From contig KZ538004.1 of NCBI GenBank assembly GCA_000934665.2, positions 1 through 64,000 on the forward strand: a stretch of DNA of 64,000 bases. Direction: 5' to 3'. The notes beneath the pieces are model-generated. The model was not told the origin of the DNA. It did no database searches and saw only the letters and a program-made list of their open reading frames with translations. Position numbers and translations under genes: made by a program. Positions 13,389 to 26,065 of this stretch are shown here, in pieces (positions within the stretch are counted from its first letter, which is position 1; each line of letters starts with the position of its first letter). Origin of the DNA: Catajapyx aquilonaris. Taxonomy: Eukaryota.

Positions 13389-14114
13389 TACTCTACTGTA
13401 CACATAATTATGTCTTATTACATTAAGAGCAAAAATCAGCAATTTCTTGTTCTCAATGACATCCTTTGCTTTTATCCAGTGTCAGTAACTCACTGTCAGT
13501 GCTGAATGGTGGCAAGAGCTCTATCTATCACTCAATGCTTGTGTCAGGATTCTTAAGACCTCTTTTCAAAGTCCAGTTTTGTAGAATTTTTATGATAAAA
13601 TTATACTGTATAATATGCAATATATTGTGATTGATTCAAGGTTTCACCACAACCAGTATCATAATGTATGACATAAATAATCTTGAGTAATACCTGGGGA
13701 TCAAAACTGTTTGTTTACTGGTAAAGCAGGGTAATTTCTGACCTCAAATTGCACCCCACCATGATTATGAAGACATGTGCTTTGAGTGCTATAAATTATT
13801 TTGAAACATTTAAGGAGATTAGCAGATAGACAAAGAGGCATTTAAGGCATTCAGAAAAGCATTTGGCTCTTGATTAATCAATAATGACCGAGTTAATTCT
13901 TGTAAGCTAGTGGTCACTGCTGGTGACCCCACCTTGCAAGTTAAGAGTTGTAGTTATCTACCATATTCCCATAATAATGTATGCATTTTGCTTTGCCATA
14001 CATCATACAGATTTTCTGATAAGAAGGCATTATATTAACCTAAGGCCTGTAACACAATGCAAATTTGAAAATTACCATCTAGAATTACCATTATTTCTCT
14101 CCATGTTCCTCCAG

Positions 14115-14566
14115 CGATAACTGCATGACCATCAAAGACCAGACCTCGGACTATGTCTCAAAGTTGGCCATTCCTGGCGAAGCTGGAAACATGTTGGTTC
14201 AAAGCCACATAGACTCTCAAGCCTGCGGTGAAAAAATTGAGGTAGGGGATTCATCCTCTGAAGAGTTGAAGCAGGGTGACTCCCGTGTTGGACTTCCACC
14301 AGCTACAACCTCTGAAGAGTCGAAGCAGGGTGACTCCCATGTTGGACTTCCACCAGCTACAACCTCTGAAGAGTCGAAGCAGGGTGACTCCCATGTTGGA
14401 CTTCCACCAGCTACAACCTCTGAAGAGTCGAAGCAGGGTGACTCCCATGTTGGACTTCCACCAGCTACAACCTCTGAAGAGTCGAAGCAGGGTGACTCCC
14501 GTGTTGGAAGTTCATCGGCTACAACCTCTGACTCTACATGCAATGCAGCTGAAGGTAGTTCAGAAG
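14115..14566 (+). CDS. Orphan tail-anchored protein, exon 2 (contains 18-aa repeats)
   Basis: Acceptor TTCCTCCAG|C, open frame, donor GAAG|GTAATA. Phases 2 and 1 match both neighbouring exons. Confidence 0.6.
14255..14530 (+). repeat. 54-bp minisatellite, about 5 copies
   Basis: Unit CCTCTGAAGAGTCGAAGCAGGGTGACTCCCATGTTGGACTTCCACCAGCTACAA, translating as SEESKQGDSHVGLPPATT. Confidence 0.95.
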
Positions 14567-15237
14567 GTAATAATAACAACAACAACAACAACAACAATAA
14601 TCATCATCATCATAATCATCATCATCATCATGTTAGTGCATTGCCCTTGTTGGGTATATGGCATGGTATGTTTACTTGCTACACTACCACAAAGTAACTA
14701 CTCAAAAGTAGCTGCTTAAAATAAACATAAATAGCTAACAATTAATTTAATTTCGATTGCAACACCCTATTTAATTTTTAAAAGTCTGGTAAAACGGAAT
14801 TTGAGGAGTCCAACTGATGGCATCTAGCTTAAATTTTTAATGTCCAATCTGTCTAACAGTAAGATTATTGTTGTACCTCCAAATCTCATCCTTTGATCTT
14901 TTTGAACATAAACTATACTGGAAGAATGTTGAACAGGCAGGAGTCAGATATTAGCTCCTGGGGCAAGTGAGGTCCACCATATTTCAGCAGGTAGTGAAGA
15001 TGAAAAAAAATAATTTAGACACACGAACTCCTATATGAGAGAATGGCTCAGAGCCTGCGAAATTCTGTAATCAATCAAATTCTGTAATCCATTAAGCCAT
15101 TAAGGAGTCAGCACATTGTGTGTAATAAACTAATAATCAATCCATAGAAAGGGGATGCAGGTGTGAGGAGACCAGCATAATGTAGGTAGGGGATGATGAG
15201 ATTGAATGGAGATCTTCCAATAAATTCTTCTTAAGAA

Positions 15238-15597
15238 GGGGAGGTGGAGTGGCACTGCGGTAACGTATGCGCCCACGGATGGAAGGGTCCTGCCTCCTGG
15301 GTTCGATCCCAGCCCAGGGTCTCCCCCCTTCATCTTGTGCAGAGTTCGGTCATCTCTGCGCGCCTTCGTCTCAGGTGAAATCTCTGACAGATTAATCCAC
15401 CCGGGGGAGTTCACAAACTGTACCATATTCAGACATTGCACTGCACATTGCACATCCCCTCCCAGTCACCCTGCCCGTGGGCCCGGGCGCTTCGTTCAAG
15501 GTTCCAGTATGTATAGTACTACAACGATATACTCGTAAATAAAGGTCAATGCGACATACCGTACTTCTTAAGGAGGTCAAGCACTACCCCGATTATT
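15238..15597 (+). mobile_element. tRNA-derived SINE, family B
   Basis: GGGAGGTGGAGTGG..GGTAACGT head and GGTTCGATCC B box. Homologous to copies at 32885, 55870 and 58230. Confidence 0.85.
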
Positions 15598-16101
15598 AAA
15601 TATATTAAATCTTCTCTTAAGACATTGCATGCCAAAGGTACACTGGACCAATATACTGTACTCGTATTTCACCATCTGGTGTTGTATCATATTATTTGAA
15701 GGGTGTGGTAGAAAAGGTTATATCCCTTATTTTTGTAATTTTTGACCTGAACACCTAGAAACTATGTGAAAGACATGACAAACAGTTTGGTATACTCCAA
15801 GTTCACATATCATGCACAAGACAGCAACACACACTTGATGAAAACCAGCATCCCCTACGATTTGTGAAGAGAGTGCAAACTTCAATTTGCTCTCCTGAAA
15901 AATTACACTTTTGTGGGTTATCACCTTTTTCCACCACACGCCTCAATTTATTGTGCAGTTTGCTTTCAAATACTTCAAATAATCTCAGAATGCAGAGCAG
16001 GAGGTCCCCCATTCTGCATATAGATTGCTGAATTGGGAGACCGAGTTGTGTCTGGAGGCTTTGTTTTAGAATGTTCATTTTTGGCAAGGGCATTTCATTA
16101 A

Positions 16102-16575
16102 CCCTTAACTACGTAGGTGGGCGAAACACCTTTAACTACGTAGGTGGAGCCTGAGAGGCTCCAATGGTATATTTAAATTTCTGCTTATCGACTAAATTGT
16201 TATATTGGACTTTTCACATACATAAAGTGCAGTTCAGATCATTAGGCTTCCGAAAACGTAAAAATCACATGCTGAGTCAACATATTCCGACAGGGAAAAA
16301 GGTTAAAAAAGTTAAAAGGTTACATCATGTTTGAGCCGCTCAGGCTTCACCTGCATAAGTAGAGCCTGAGCGGTTCCAGGAGGGACCTGTTCCTCGTTAC
16401 GAATTTTTTAAAACCAAACAATAGGGACTAAAAATTCATTTATTTCTTTTTCATGCTTAGGAAGGTTTTTCTGACAAAGTCACGGAAGGACAGGGGAAAA
16501 TAAAATTCAATGAAAAAGTTACATGCGTTTAAATAGTGCTTGGAGCCTCTCAGGCTCCACCTACGTAGTTAAGGG
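16102..16575. mobile_element. piggyBac-type MITE
   Basis: TTAA|CCCTTAACTACGTAGGTGG ... CCACCTACGTAGTTAAGGG|TTAA, with internal GGAGCCTGAG repeats. Confidence 0.9.
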
Positions 16576-16735
16576 TTAATTATTATTAAATAGCCTATGG
16601 TGGGCTAGGTGGGCAGAGGTGGGGGGTGGGACGGGTTGTTTTTAGGTTTATTCTCATGAGTTTTATTAGTTCATATGTTGGGTTAGCTTGTGTCTCCCTT
16701 CATCGCTGACTACCCCTCATAGGGAAATGTTGTGA

Positions 16736-16768
<33 letters not shown>

Positions 16769-17619
16769 AAATAGCCTATGGTACTTTTCAGATTTAGAAA
16801 TTTCGTATGGGTTTCATTTAGTTCCAATAATTACAATAAATACTCAGGTCTCTTAGAACCTGTTGCTAGCAGATTCCTGTAAATAAAGTGTGGGTCCTCA
16901 TCAAATCACGTATCTGATTGGGGCCCCATATCTGAATGGAATAGTAGCATATAAAGGGTATATTTTTTGTTGAGTCATAAAATGGCAAGTTAAAAGACAG
17001 TTTTTGGAAGTTCACCCAAATCAATAATATCAGGCAGCTGGCTTTAATAGCACATTAATTTGCCTCTGATTTGTCTTAAGTATTATGAATTAAGAGTTGT
17101 TTGCCCAAAAAGGTTTCATGACTTCCAACTTACTCCAGCTTGCTTTTCACAGTGCCTCTTAAAATTGACATCAACTCTTGAAATTAAAGCATTATATGAC
17201 ATGCAGCACTGACTTTCATTAAGAACAGCTGCTTCATAATTATGGGAGATATTGATGGTCTGATGCATAGTATTCGATCAGAAGTATCAGTATTCTTACG
17301 TAGTATGAGTACACGTAGGTCATTATCAAAACCAGGCTGCCTTCGAAAATGTGCAATGTGTTAAACCCTGGTTACACTCATGCTCGATTCATAATCTCTA
17401 TTCCTCATCTATAATTATGACATCTTCAGCTATTTATAGACTATTAGTCTATGTCCCACTATGCAAGGGGACCTGGGTTGTGAAAAGACTCGCTAAACCT
17501 GAAATATGATTTCTGAAAGATTCGTTGGGAAACAGAGAGCCTCGTTTTGCTAATGACATGCTCATATACGTTTCGAAATCATGGAACCCTTCTTCTGACT
17601 TTTTATCGTCTTTTTATAG

Positions 17620-17768
17620 AACCGGTCGAGTCATTCAGTGTGCTTGCCTACATCAAGCGTCGACTGCAGAGGAGGCCAGAAAAGACCAGGGAACTCATCA
17701 ACACACTGATCCAATTAGTCATCGCTAGCCTGGTCTACTTGATCATGCTTTGGCTTGGCATCTTTTAG
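17620..17768 (+). CDS. Orphan tail-anchored protein, last exon (C-terminal TM helix)
   Basis: Acceptor CTTTTTATAG|AA (phase 1). Ends ..KRRLQRRPEKTRELINTLIQLVIASLVYLIMLWLGIF-stop, with AATAAA at 17820-17830. Confidence 0.6.
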
Positions 17769-18644
17769 TAAGCAATTCATGCTTGTCCTGGCTTAGAACA
17801 GAAAGATATCTTTTAAAAAAATAAAATAAAGTCATACTCCCAATTTGTGAAATGTTTCTGGAATGATTGATAGGGGGAGGGTGTTAAGTACACAAGACGT
17901 TGTCAAAGTGCAATATTTATTCTCTTATAATTTGATTATTTTTAGCTCACCTAACATACTGTTTTCTTCACAATTTAATTCAAATTAGTATTGCTGAAAA
18001 TTATGTGAACACTCACCTCAATTGCATCACTTTTCACCTTAACTTATTATGATGATATTTGGCATATCTGCAGTGTAATAATGAGCATGCACCTATGTAT
18101 CGATAACAACAGGTTTTGCCATGTAGTGGTTGTCTACTTATAGGGGCACATACTCATAATTTTGCAATTTTTCAGTAACGCCATATTTTTGAAGTATATT
18201 GAAATATATATTGTTTTCAATTGCCTCTGTATAGCCCAACTAAGTGGTATCAGAGGGCACAAAATGTGCCGAGGATTGGACCCATTGTGATATACCATGT
18301 GTTTCAGAATAGCGATTTCATGCATGATTGCCCCTATGAACACACTTCAAGTCTGGCATAGAATCACATGCTTTGTTGAAAAGCTCATTAAATGGGCTTT
18401 CCAAATGTGTATGTGATTCATTGCCATACATGAAAGCCATGCATGAAAGTGAGGCAATAGGACAGAGTGGATTATTTTTTTTACTGATACGTACAGTCTC
18501 CTAAGTTCTACTTGTAAAACATAAGCAGCACAATTTGCTATTGCATTATTTTATCCTTCGCATGGCAGAAAGTCGATTCTTGGGCACTCACAAAAATGGA
18601 TGCACCAAACCTCCTCCTTTGTTTGCAAGCTGGATTGGGCTATA

Positions 18645-19211
18645 CAGGGTGCTCAAAAACTCGCGGAAAGTCGCCAGGTAGCCTGATAGGACTCGCAAAA
18701 CTAATATAGGGATGTGGAAGTAGTTTTGGGCTAACTTGCATAGTTTTTGCGTACGACGCCTTCAAGATTTCGGCAGTTTCATGACGTCACATCCGCCTTG
18801 AGGCCCCCATTGCGTCATCATACATCTTGTTGTGGCTGTTGCCATTGGCACTGATTATTGTTGCGAATATTGTCAACTGTTATTGTTGAGAAATAAACAG
18901 CAATTTCAGTCTGGCAATAGAGGTGTCGACTGGCAACAGATACAAGCTGAAATCGTTGTTTATTTCTCAACAATCACAGTTGACAATATTCGCAACAATA
19001 ATCAGTGCCAATGGCAACAGCCACAACAACATGTATGATGACGCAATGGGGGCCTCAAGGCGGATGTGACGTCATTAAACTGCCGAAATCTTGAAGGCGT
19101 CGTACGCAAAAACTATGCAAGTTAGCCCAAAACTACTTCCACATCCCTATATTAGTTTTGCGAGTCCTATCAGGCTACCTGGCGACTTTCCGCGAGTTTT
19201 TGAGCACCCTG
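18645..19211. mobile_element. Palindromic Tc1/mariner-type MITE
   Basis: TA|CAGGGTGCTCAAAAACTC...GAGTTTTTGAGCACCCTG|TA. Arms of about 260 bp are nearly identical. Confidence 0.92.
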
Positions 19212-19215
19212 TATA

Positions 19216-19221
<6 letters not shown>

Positions 19222-19285
<64 letters not shown>

Positions 19286-19617
19286 CCCCATTAGAGGGAG
19301 CTGAACCCTTTTAGGGGGGTGGATTACCATCATTTGAATTTTCTCTGAATTTGGTTTTTTTCTTCAAACTCCGGTGCAGGAAAATCACATCAATGGGTAA
19401 GGATGGGGATTGTTGGGGAGGGAACGTAGGTGCAAGTGTAATACCGATAAATGGGTCATGTGCTGTTCCCCAGGAGGTTAGGTTACCAGACACCTCCAAG
19501 GTGCAGGTCAGAGACCCTCCCGATGCAGGTGAAAGGGAGTTCCCAGGCGGGGATCGAACCTGGGACCTTTCATTCAGCAAGCCGAGACGTTACCATCTCG
19601 GCTACCACACCTCCCCG
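19222..19617 (-). mobile_element. SINE family A with (AAT)n tail
   Basis: Reverse complement aligns to the 12646 copy. Confidence 0.85.
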
Positions 19618-20877
19618 GATTGGGCTATATTCTCTTTTGTAGGAGGATATGGTTACTAATGCATAGGAGAACAATAAAAAATTTGTCATCAAATTGCAGT
19701 GAAGGAAAAGGTGAGTGACACACTAGAAAGTCTTCCACAGCCTTGTGATAATGGACGCACAGGTAGTACACTTATTAGTTATTAGTTACCAATGAGACAA
19801 TTTGCCATGATGAGTACATTTCCAAAAACTCTGAAAGATTAATTTGGGCAGCTAATAATCACAGAATAATTCCAAAGTTGGGAAGCATCACAAGGAGCAC
19901 TTTATGTGGGGACTGAAAGCTAATCACACAATTAGCCATATAAGATTGCCTTAACGTTTTGACACAGCCTTAGGATGTGCGAGAAATATATTGCTTTGCT
20001 CCAGAAATGCACTACAAATTCAGATTTACTCTGCTGTTGTCATTTTTACTTGCATCCCTTATCTCCCTGAATACTTGCTTGCACACCATGCACATTTTTG
20101 CTGTTTGCTTTGCTGTGAGGCATTGCCATGCAGGCAGACAGAGAGGAATGTGGTGTGGATATCAACAAGGAGAAGTGTGAAGGCAAAATATTTGGAGAAT
20201 GGAACAGCACACATTCGTCATTGTGACTGTAGAAACATGCTGCCAAAATGCCGTCCTTTGATCAGTTGATTCCTGGTCCAGATCCTGGCAGGAAAGAAAG
20301 TATCCATCACCACAGCTGCATTAAATATTATTAAAATGATGCAGTAAACTTGCATCATTTCCATTCTGTCAAGGATGAGAGTGGCTGAAATATGAAGTCA
20401 CAATTGAACATAATGGGTGATGTGGACCAGAGCAAAGCAAGATGTTACTGTTAGCATGACATAAAATGGATCTTGAACGAAGTAATTTGATGACTATGTG
20501 AAATTGTCACAAGTGACAATGTGGCAACTCTGTACTCACCCCCACGCCCTGCGTGGGCTGGGGGTAGCGAGTAGTAATAAAACAATACTGAGCCTGGACT
20601 TGCTTCGTGTTGGTTGGGGATTGGGGGGGCTCTCCTCCATTACCTTGCAGCCTGAAGGTAGGTTCTGGCTTAGGGGGCTTGTAGCCTATCGTCGGGAGAC
20701 TTTGCTTTTTGCGAAAACTCATCAATAAGTACTGTATGTATTAATATATACCGACGTTACCTGTTTACCTGCACCTATCATTTATGTTAATGGAACAAAA
20801 ACAAATAACATTATGGACTGATGAGAACAAAATAATCCCTTTCTGGTTGCTCATTTTGCTTGCTCCATATGGAAGTA

Positions 20878-21089
20878 CTATCGGACGCATAAACAATGTC
20901 CGGGGAGATTCTTCGTTCAGCCTTGCGGAAGCAACCCATTGCACCTGGGTAGCTAAGGGAGGAGGGAAAAAACTCAGCAGATGAGCACGGACGTACACAC
21001 AAGTGTGTGTGTGTGCACATCTGTGCAATGGTTTGCCTCCACCAGGCTGAACAAAGACTCTCCCCGGACATTGTTTTTGCGTCCTATAG
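20878..21089. mobile_element. MITE with TA TSD
   Basis: Imperfect inverted arms of about 65 bp, CTAT(C/A)GGACGCA(T/A)AAACAATGTCCGGGGAGA. Confidence 0.8.
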
Positions 21090-21253
21090 TACCAGCACAC
21101 AGTGCAAAGTGGTTAGAATCCCCCGAAAAAACAAGTTCGAAAATAATATTGAGACTTGAACGAACCGCCTATATTAATGAAGATAGTGCTAATATACGCT
21201 CAAGGTCCCCTCCCAGTCACTCTGTCCTTAGACAATGGTGTGCATATGCTAAA

Positions 21254-21539
21254 GTCGGTGCCGGTGGACTAGTGGTTAGCACGCTCGCCTCTGGTCCCAA
21301 AGTTGTGGGTTCGAACCAGGCCGAGGTCGGTGACTTTTCTCCGGGTGGTAGAAAAGTGAGAGCGCGCCTTCCTTCGGAGGGGAAGTAAAGCCATCGCGTC
21401 GGTCCCATGTGCTTGTGACATTGCTCGAGTACACGTTAAAGATCCCCAGAGTGGCCAAATTTCCAGGAGGAGGACCACCCCCTGGCGTCGGTGTTGAGCC
21501 TAGCGGCAGAAATAGGCCGACGTTAAGCCCTCACTAAAG
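21254..21539 (+). mobile_element. tRNA-derived SINE with Deu/Nin-like core
   Basis: A/B boxes, core CCTTCGGAGGGGAAGTAAAG..CACGTTAAAGATCCC, perfect 17-bp TSD GGTGTGCATATGCTAAA (21237-21253, 21540-21556). Confidence 0.85.
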
Positions 21540-22658
21540 GGTGTGCATATGCTAAATTTTGTAGATTGTTTGCCTTCGATGTATGTTGTTGCAAATGACA
21601 CCTTACTGGACAGTCTGCCTGTTATACGCAGGTCAGTGAAAATGATGAATTCCTGGGAGTTCCTCCTACTTGAATGCCAATTTGATCCTCAAAGTCTTTT
21701 ATAATTTGGCGATTCTTACCATTTATTTTTTGGATTTAACCCAAGAGAATTACGGATTACTGATAGTAATAAAATATGTTAACAGACCTACGTAAATGCT
21801 ATACAGCAGTGGTTCCCAACCCGTGGGTCATGACCCAGACTGAAATCGAAAATAAGGTAAGTAAAAAAGTCTGCTGTTGTGTTCACCATTATTACTGTTA
21901 TTTTTAATCGTCTGAGATGGGAATACATCATAATTATCTTGCTGTTCACTATGACAACTAACAACTCATTGTTAATCTGTCAAAAGGACGAATTCGACAT
22001 TCTTGCTAAAATAGGATTAAGGCGTCTGCATCTGGCATTCTGGCCTAGCACCATCAAGTGTTGCATCACATTCTGACAAAACGGTGCACACATGGGACAA
22101 GTGGCGTCTGAGTTATAATGGAAAATCAAAATGCCATCCTATGTACAGTATTATTTTGTGTAGCACTTTACAGGTTTCTTATGGCCCTCCTGTAAATTAT
22201 GAAAATGTTGAGTTCGACCTTTTGTCAGTTTAACGACGAACTATCCATTGTGCCATGGTACAGTCAATACAACCATCATGTCAAGATTCTTCAGCTGACC
22301 TAAGAAACGCAAGAATATGCCAGGTCCAAGCAAAAATCAGTAATGGGCAAATCAACTTTACAATCCTGCAATTCATGAGATATGACCTTGTCGCGAGCAG
22401 GTTTGGACTGCTCGCCTCTGTTCCCCTCCCTTGTGAAGGGTGGCCCTCTGGGTGTGCCCGTGTCTTCTCTACACCTTTTGCCCTACATCCCACTGCTCAA
22501 CAGTTTAATGGGCCTCCTGCTTGGGTTGAACCGAGTCTGCAGTGCACACAATAACTGTCAGAAGAGCAAAGTTCATTCTACAAAACCAGCCATATGGTAT
22601 GGTTCAACTTGTGATTTTCTTCACACAAATGTTACTTTACCAAATGTCACACCAAACA

Positions 22659-24807
22659 TTACATATTTGTGCTGCTTTCATTTACTGGTACTGCCTGACT
22701 TTCAGGCATGGTCACTGCAGCAGAAGTATCAGGATGTGGTGCACTGGTGAGTTCATGTCTGGCAACATCGGGTTTCTCTCCATGCAAGGCATGATGATGA
22801 GCCAGAGGTTGGCTGCTGCGAAATCCCTGCCCGCACACACTGCATTTGTACGGCTTCTCTCCAGTATGCATCATGGCATGGCATTTTAAAGATTTCCTGT
22901 TAATGAAGGCTTTCCCACAAGTGTTGCACACAAAAGGCTTTTCAGATGTGTGCATCCTTTCATGCAAGGTAAGGCCATATGCAGTGGTAAGTATCTTTCC
23001 ACACCTGACGCACTCGAATATCCTCCCTCTCGCAGTGTGATGCCGATGAACAGATGCAGTTCGCTTGGTCATTTTTCCAGGTGTATCGTGGGCAGCCTTT
23101 GTGTGATAAGACTGATGGCGTTTCAAATTACTCTCTTCGGCAAAACCTTTCCCGCATGTGGTGCATGTAAATGGTGCTGCAATCTGCTCCGATGCCTCAT
23201 CGTCACTGTGGTCTCCGAGATGAAAGTCCAGCATTTGCTTCGTGGCAAACCTCTTCCCGCATATGTCACATTCGTGCGGCTTTTCCACATGTTGGAGTCT
23301 CATGTGCTTGTTCAGAAGTGTCCTGACACGAAACTGCTTTTCACACATCTCACACTTCCATGGTTTCTCACCAGTGTGTATCATATGGTGGATTTTTACC
23401 GCAGTCCTTGTGTAAAATGCCTTGTCACAGAAGTAACACATGTAACGCTTCTCTCCATCATGCCTCCTGTGATGGCTCACCAGATGACTTCTTAGGATGA
23501 ACGACATGCCGCAAATATCACATGCATACGGCCGTTCTGTCTTGTGACTCATGCAATGCGTCCTAAGTGAGGAATTCTTCTGGAATATCTTGCCACAGGT
23601 TTCACACATGTACCCCTTCAGTTCCGTGTGTGTTGTGAAATGCACTTTCAATAATTTGTTGGTTCGGAATTTCTTCCCGCATGTTTCACATGTGTAGGGC
23701 TTCTCGCTGTGCACCACACAATGCTTCTTCAATGACTTTTCACTCCGGAATGTCTTGCCACATTTTTCACACATTGCCAGGTCCATCTGCTGATCCGTCA
23801 TCAAGTGAGTCTGAAGATGTTGCATGAAGCTGTGCTTCAATAAATATCTTTTCCCACATGTCTGGCATGTGAACATCTTAAAATGTACCCTAGAATGATT
23901 GGCCAGTTTTTCTTTGCTTCTAAAACCCTCTCCACATGTTTCACACTTGTGCTTACGATACATTTCAGACACAGAGTCGAGAGTGGGGCATGAGTGATGT
24001 ACGTGGTTCACCAAGGATAACTTAGACGTCAGTTGTTTGCCGCACTTTTCACACTGGAACACAGGTGTTTTCTTTGGACGTACAGGTACTATTTTCTCTG
24101 CAATGCTGAAATTCTGGTCGGTTTTTACACTCTTGTCACAGCTCATATCATTCTCGTTTGAATGCACATTGGCTGAATTCTGATCACTCCTCCTCACCTC
24201 TAAGTTCTTATCACTGCTGAAATCACTCTTATTGGAAGGTTTAGCTTGGTGTGTTCCTCCAGATGCAGCTTCATATGTTTTCTTAGTGTTGTGATGAATT
24301 TGATGAGTCTTTGGACTCGCACTGGCAAACTGAACAGTCCTTGATGTATTGGCCCAATTTGAATCAACCTTTCTCAACTGTGAGCCACTGCTTCCTCTGC
24401 CCTTTGGCACTGCAATTCTTCCGTCCTTGCTGCAGAACTTCTTGTGAGTCTTTAACTTCTGTTCGGTCTGAAACTGCTTCTTGCAATTTTCGCATGGAAA
24501 TGCAATTACATTGTGAGTCATACACAAGTGCCTCGTGAGGTCTCCGCTTACATTGAAACCCTGGTGACATGTCCGGCACACCCAGGGCAATCCAGACGAA
24601 TCCACATTGAGGCCGACCATGTGGTCTTTCGCCAACATTTTCACACCATCATTCCCTTTGCTCACCTCTGACACTCCACTACTTGAACCTTCGTAGACAA
24701 CTTGCACATCATCACTGCCTGACTTCTCACGATCAGCTCTATCGACTTCCATAAAGGCATCTGACATGGTCAGTCTATCACATGCTGACTCATCACTGTC
24801 TTCATTC
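22659..24807 (-). CDS. THAP-C2H2 zinc-finger protein, last exon (~16 fingers)
   Basis: Long ORF with CxxC..HxxxH repeats and TGEKP-type linkers. Acceptor GTTACAG|G (phase 2). Confidence 0.92.
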
Positions 24808-25342
24808 CTGTAACAGAGACATAGGCATTACTGATGTGACCGTACCGGTTTTACTATGTCTAAACTATGTCCTACAGTTCAATGCATTCTGATGCTGCCT
24901 TGCATCACCTGTATCTCAGTGCATATTTGATTACCCCATTCGTTTCACTCTATACCTGCTCTATACTTTCTGCCAGCATATGTCATGTGATTTTTCCTTT
25001 TGCTTCCACCCATCATGCATTGTACTCTGCTATATAAGGGAGTGAGCTGTTTCACTCCAGGCCTTTTCCCCGGGACAATATCCCGGGGGACTGGTCGTGC
25101 CCCACCCCACCTTGATATCCATTTTTCCTTTCACTAAATGTTTGTAAGATAACACATTGAAGAGGATGACAGAACTGAACCCACTGACTATTTACTACTG
25201 TGTGTACCTAACCGCTCGGGTCACACTGATGTTTAACTACATTGTTTTATTATGTAAAAGATTCCTTCCCAAATGACTACACAATAATTTTTAGTACAGA
25301 TCATGTATGGAATTAAATACCTATTTGCTTTGATTCACTTAC

Positions 25343-25520
25343 ATTTCTGCTGAGGGTTCAGCGATTTCTTTCCTGTGTAAAACTGAGCTGCCAACAGTGA
25401 CTGGTTTGCTCATTCTCTTCCTAACCACTGACCATTGTTTTGGAGACCGCTTGGATTTTTCAGTTCCCTCAGACGGTGAACAACTGCTTGAAGGAGTTGG
25501 AGTTTCTTCAGAGTGCATCG
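25343..25520 (-). CDS. THAP-C2H2 protein, linker exon
   Basis: TTTTTAG|CG ... AT|GTAAGT. Phases 1 and 2 join the THAP exon to the finger exon in frame. Confidence 0.7.
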
Positions 25521-26065
25521 CTAAAAAGAAGCACAATCAGACTTAGGGTTAGACATATAAGCTGGAAAAACATCATCCTTACTCTCCATCAACTCGTCTG
25601 TTGGCTTATGAAAACCAAAGAAATATCAATAATAATAATGAACACAGGAACAGCATCTTCTTGAGCTTGAATGGCTTTGAAATGAAAATAGCAAATCTTA
25701 ACTAATTTCGAGGTGCTGAATAACACAAAAATGACAATAGAATATGTTGAGAGAGATGGTCATGTACTGTACACTGTACAGTATAAACGCATCACAAGGG
25801 AACCTTGTGAATCTCTAGGCGGTTCATGGTCAAATTGGGTTTTTTGGGTTCTGTATCTGCTAAAAAGTAAACACCTTCCCAGAAAAATTCTTTATCACAT
25901 GCGTTTTTTGAGATAGGGGGGTCGAAAGGTCGAAAATTGATCTACAGTTGCATCCAGATATAGCAGCCTTAGCTGTAACAGACTTTCGGTTATAACAGAA
26001 TCGAAAGCTTGGTCCCGGCAAATTTCCATAAGGCCCTGTGTATTTTTACTGCTGCTATAACATAC

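Noticed and set aside
14255..14530. CRISPR-like array
   Set aside because: Contiguous tandem units with no unique spacers, in a eukaryotic context.
22950..23495. 181-aa plus-strand ORF
   Set aside because: Antisense shadow of the zinc-finger exon.
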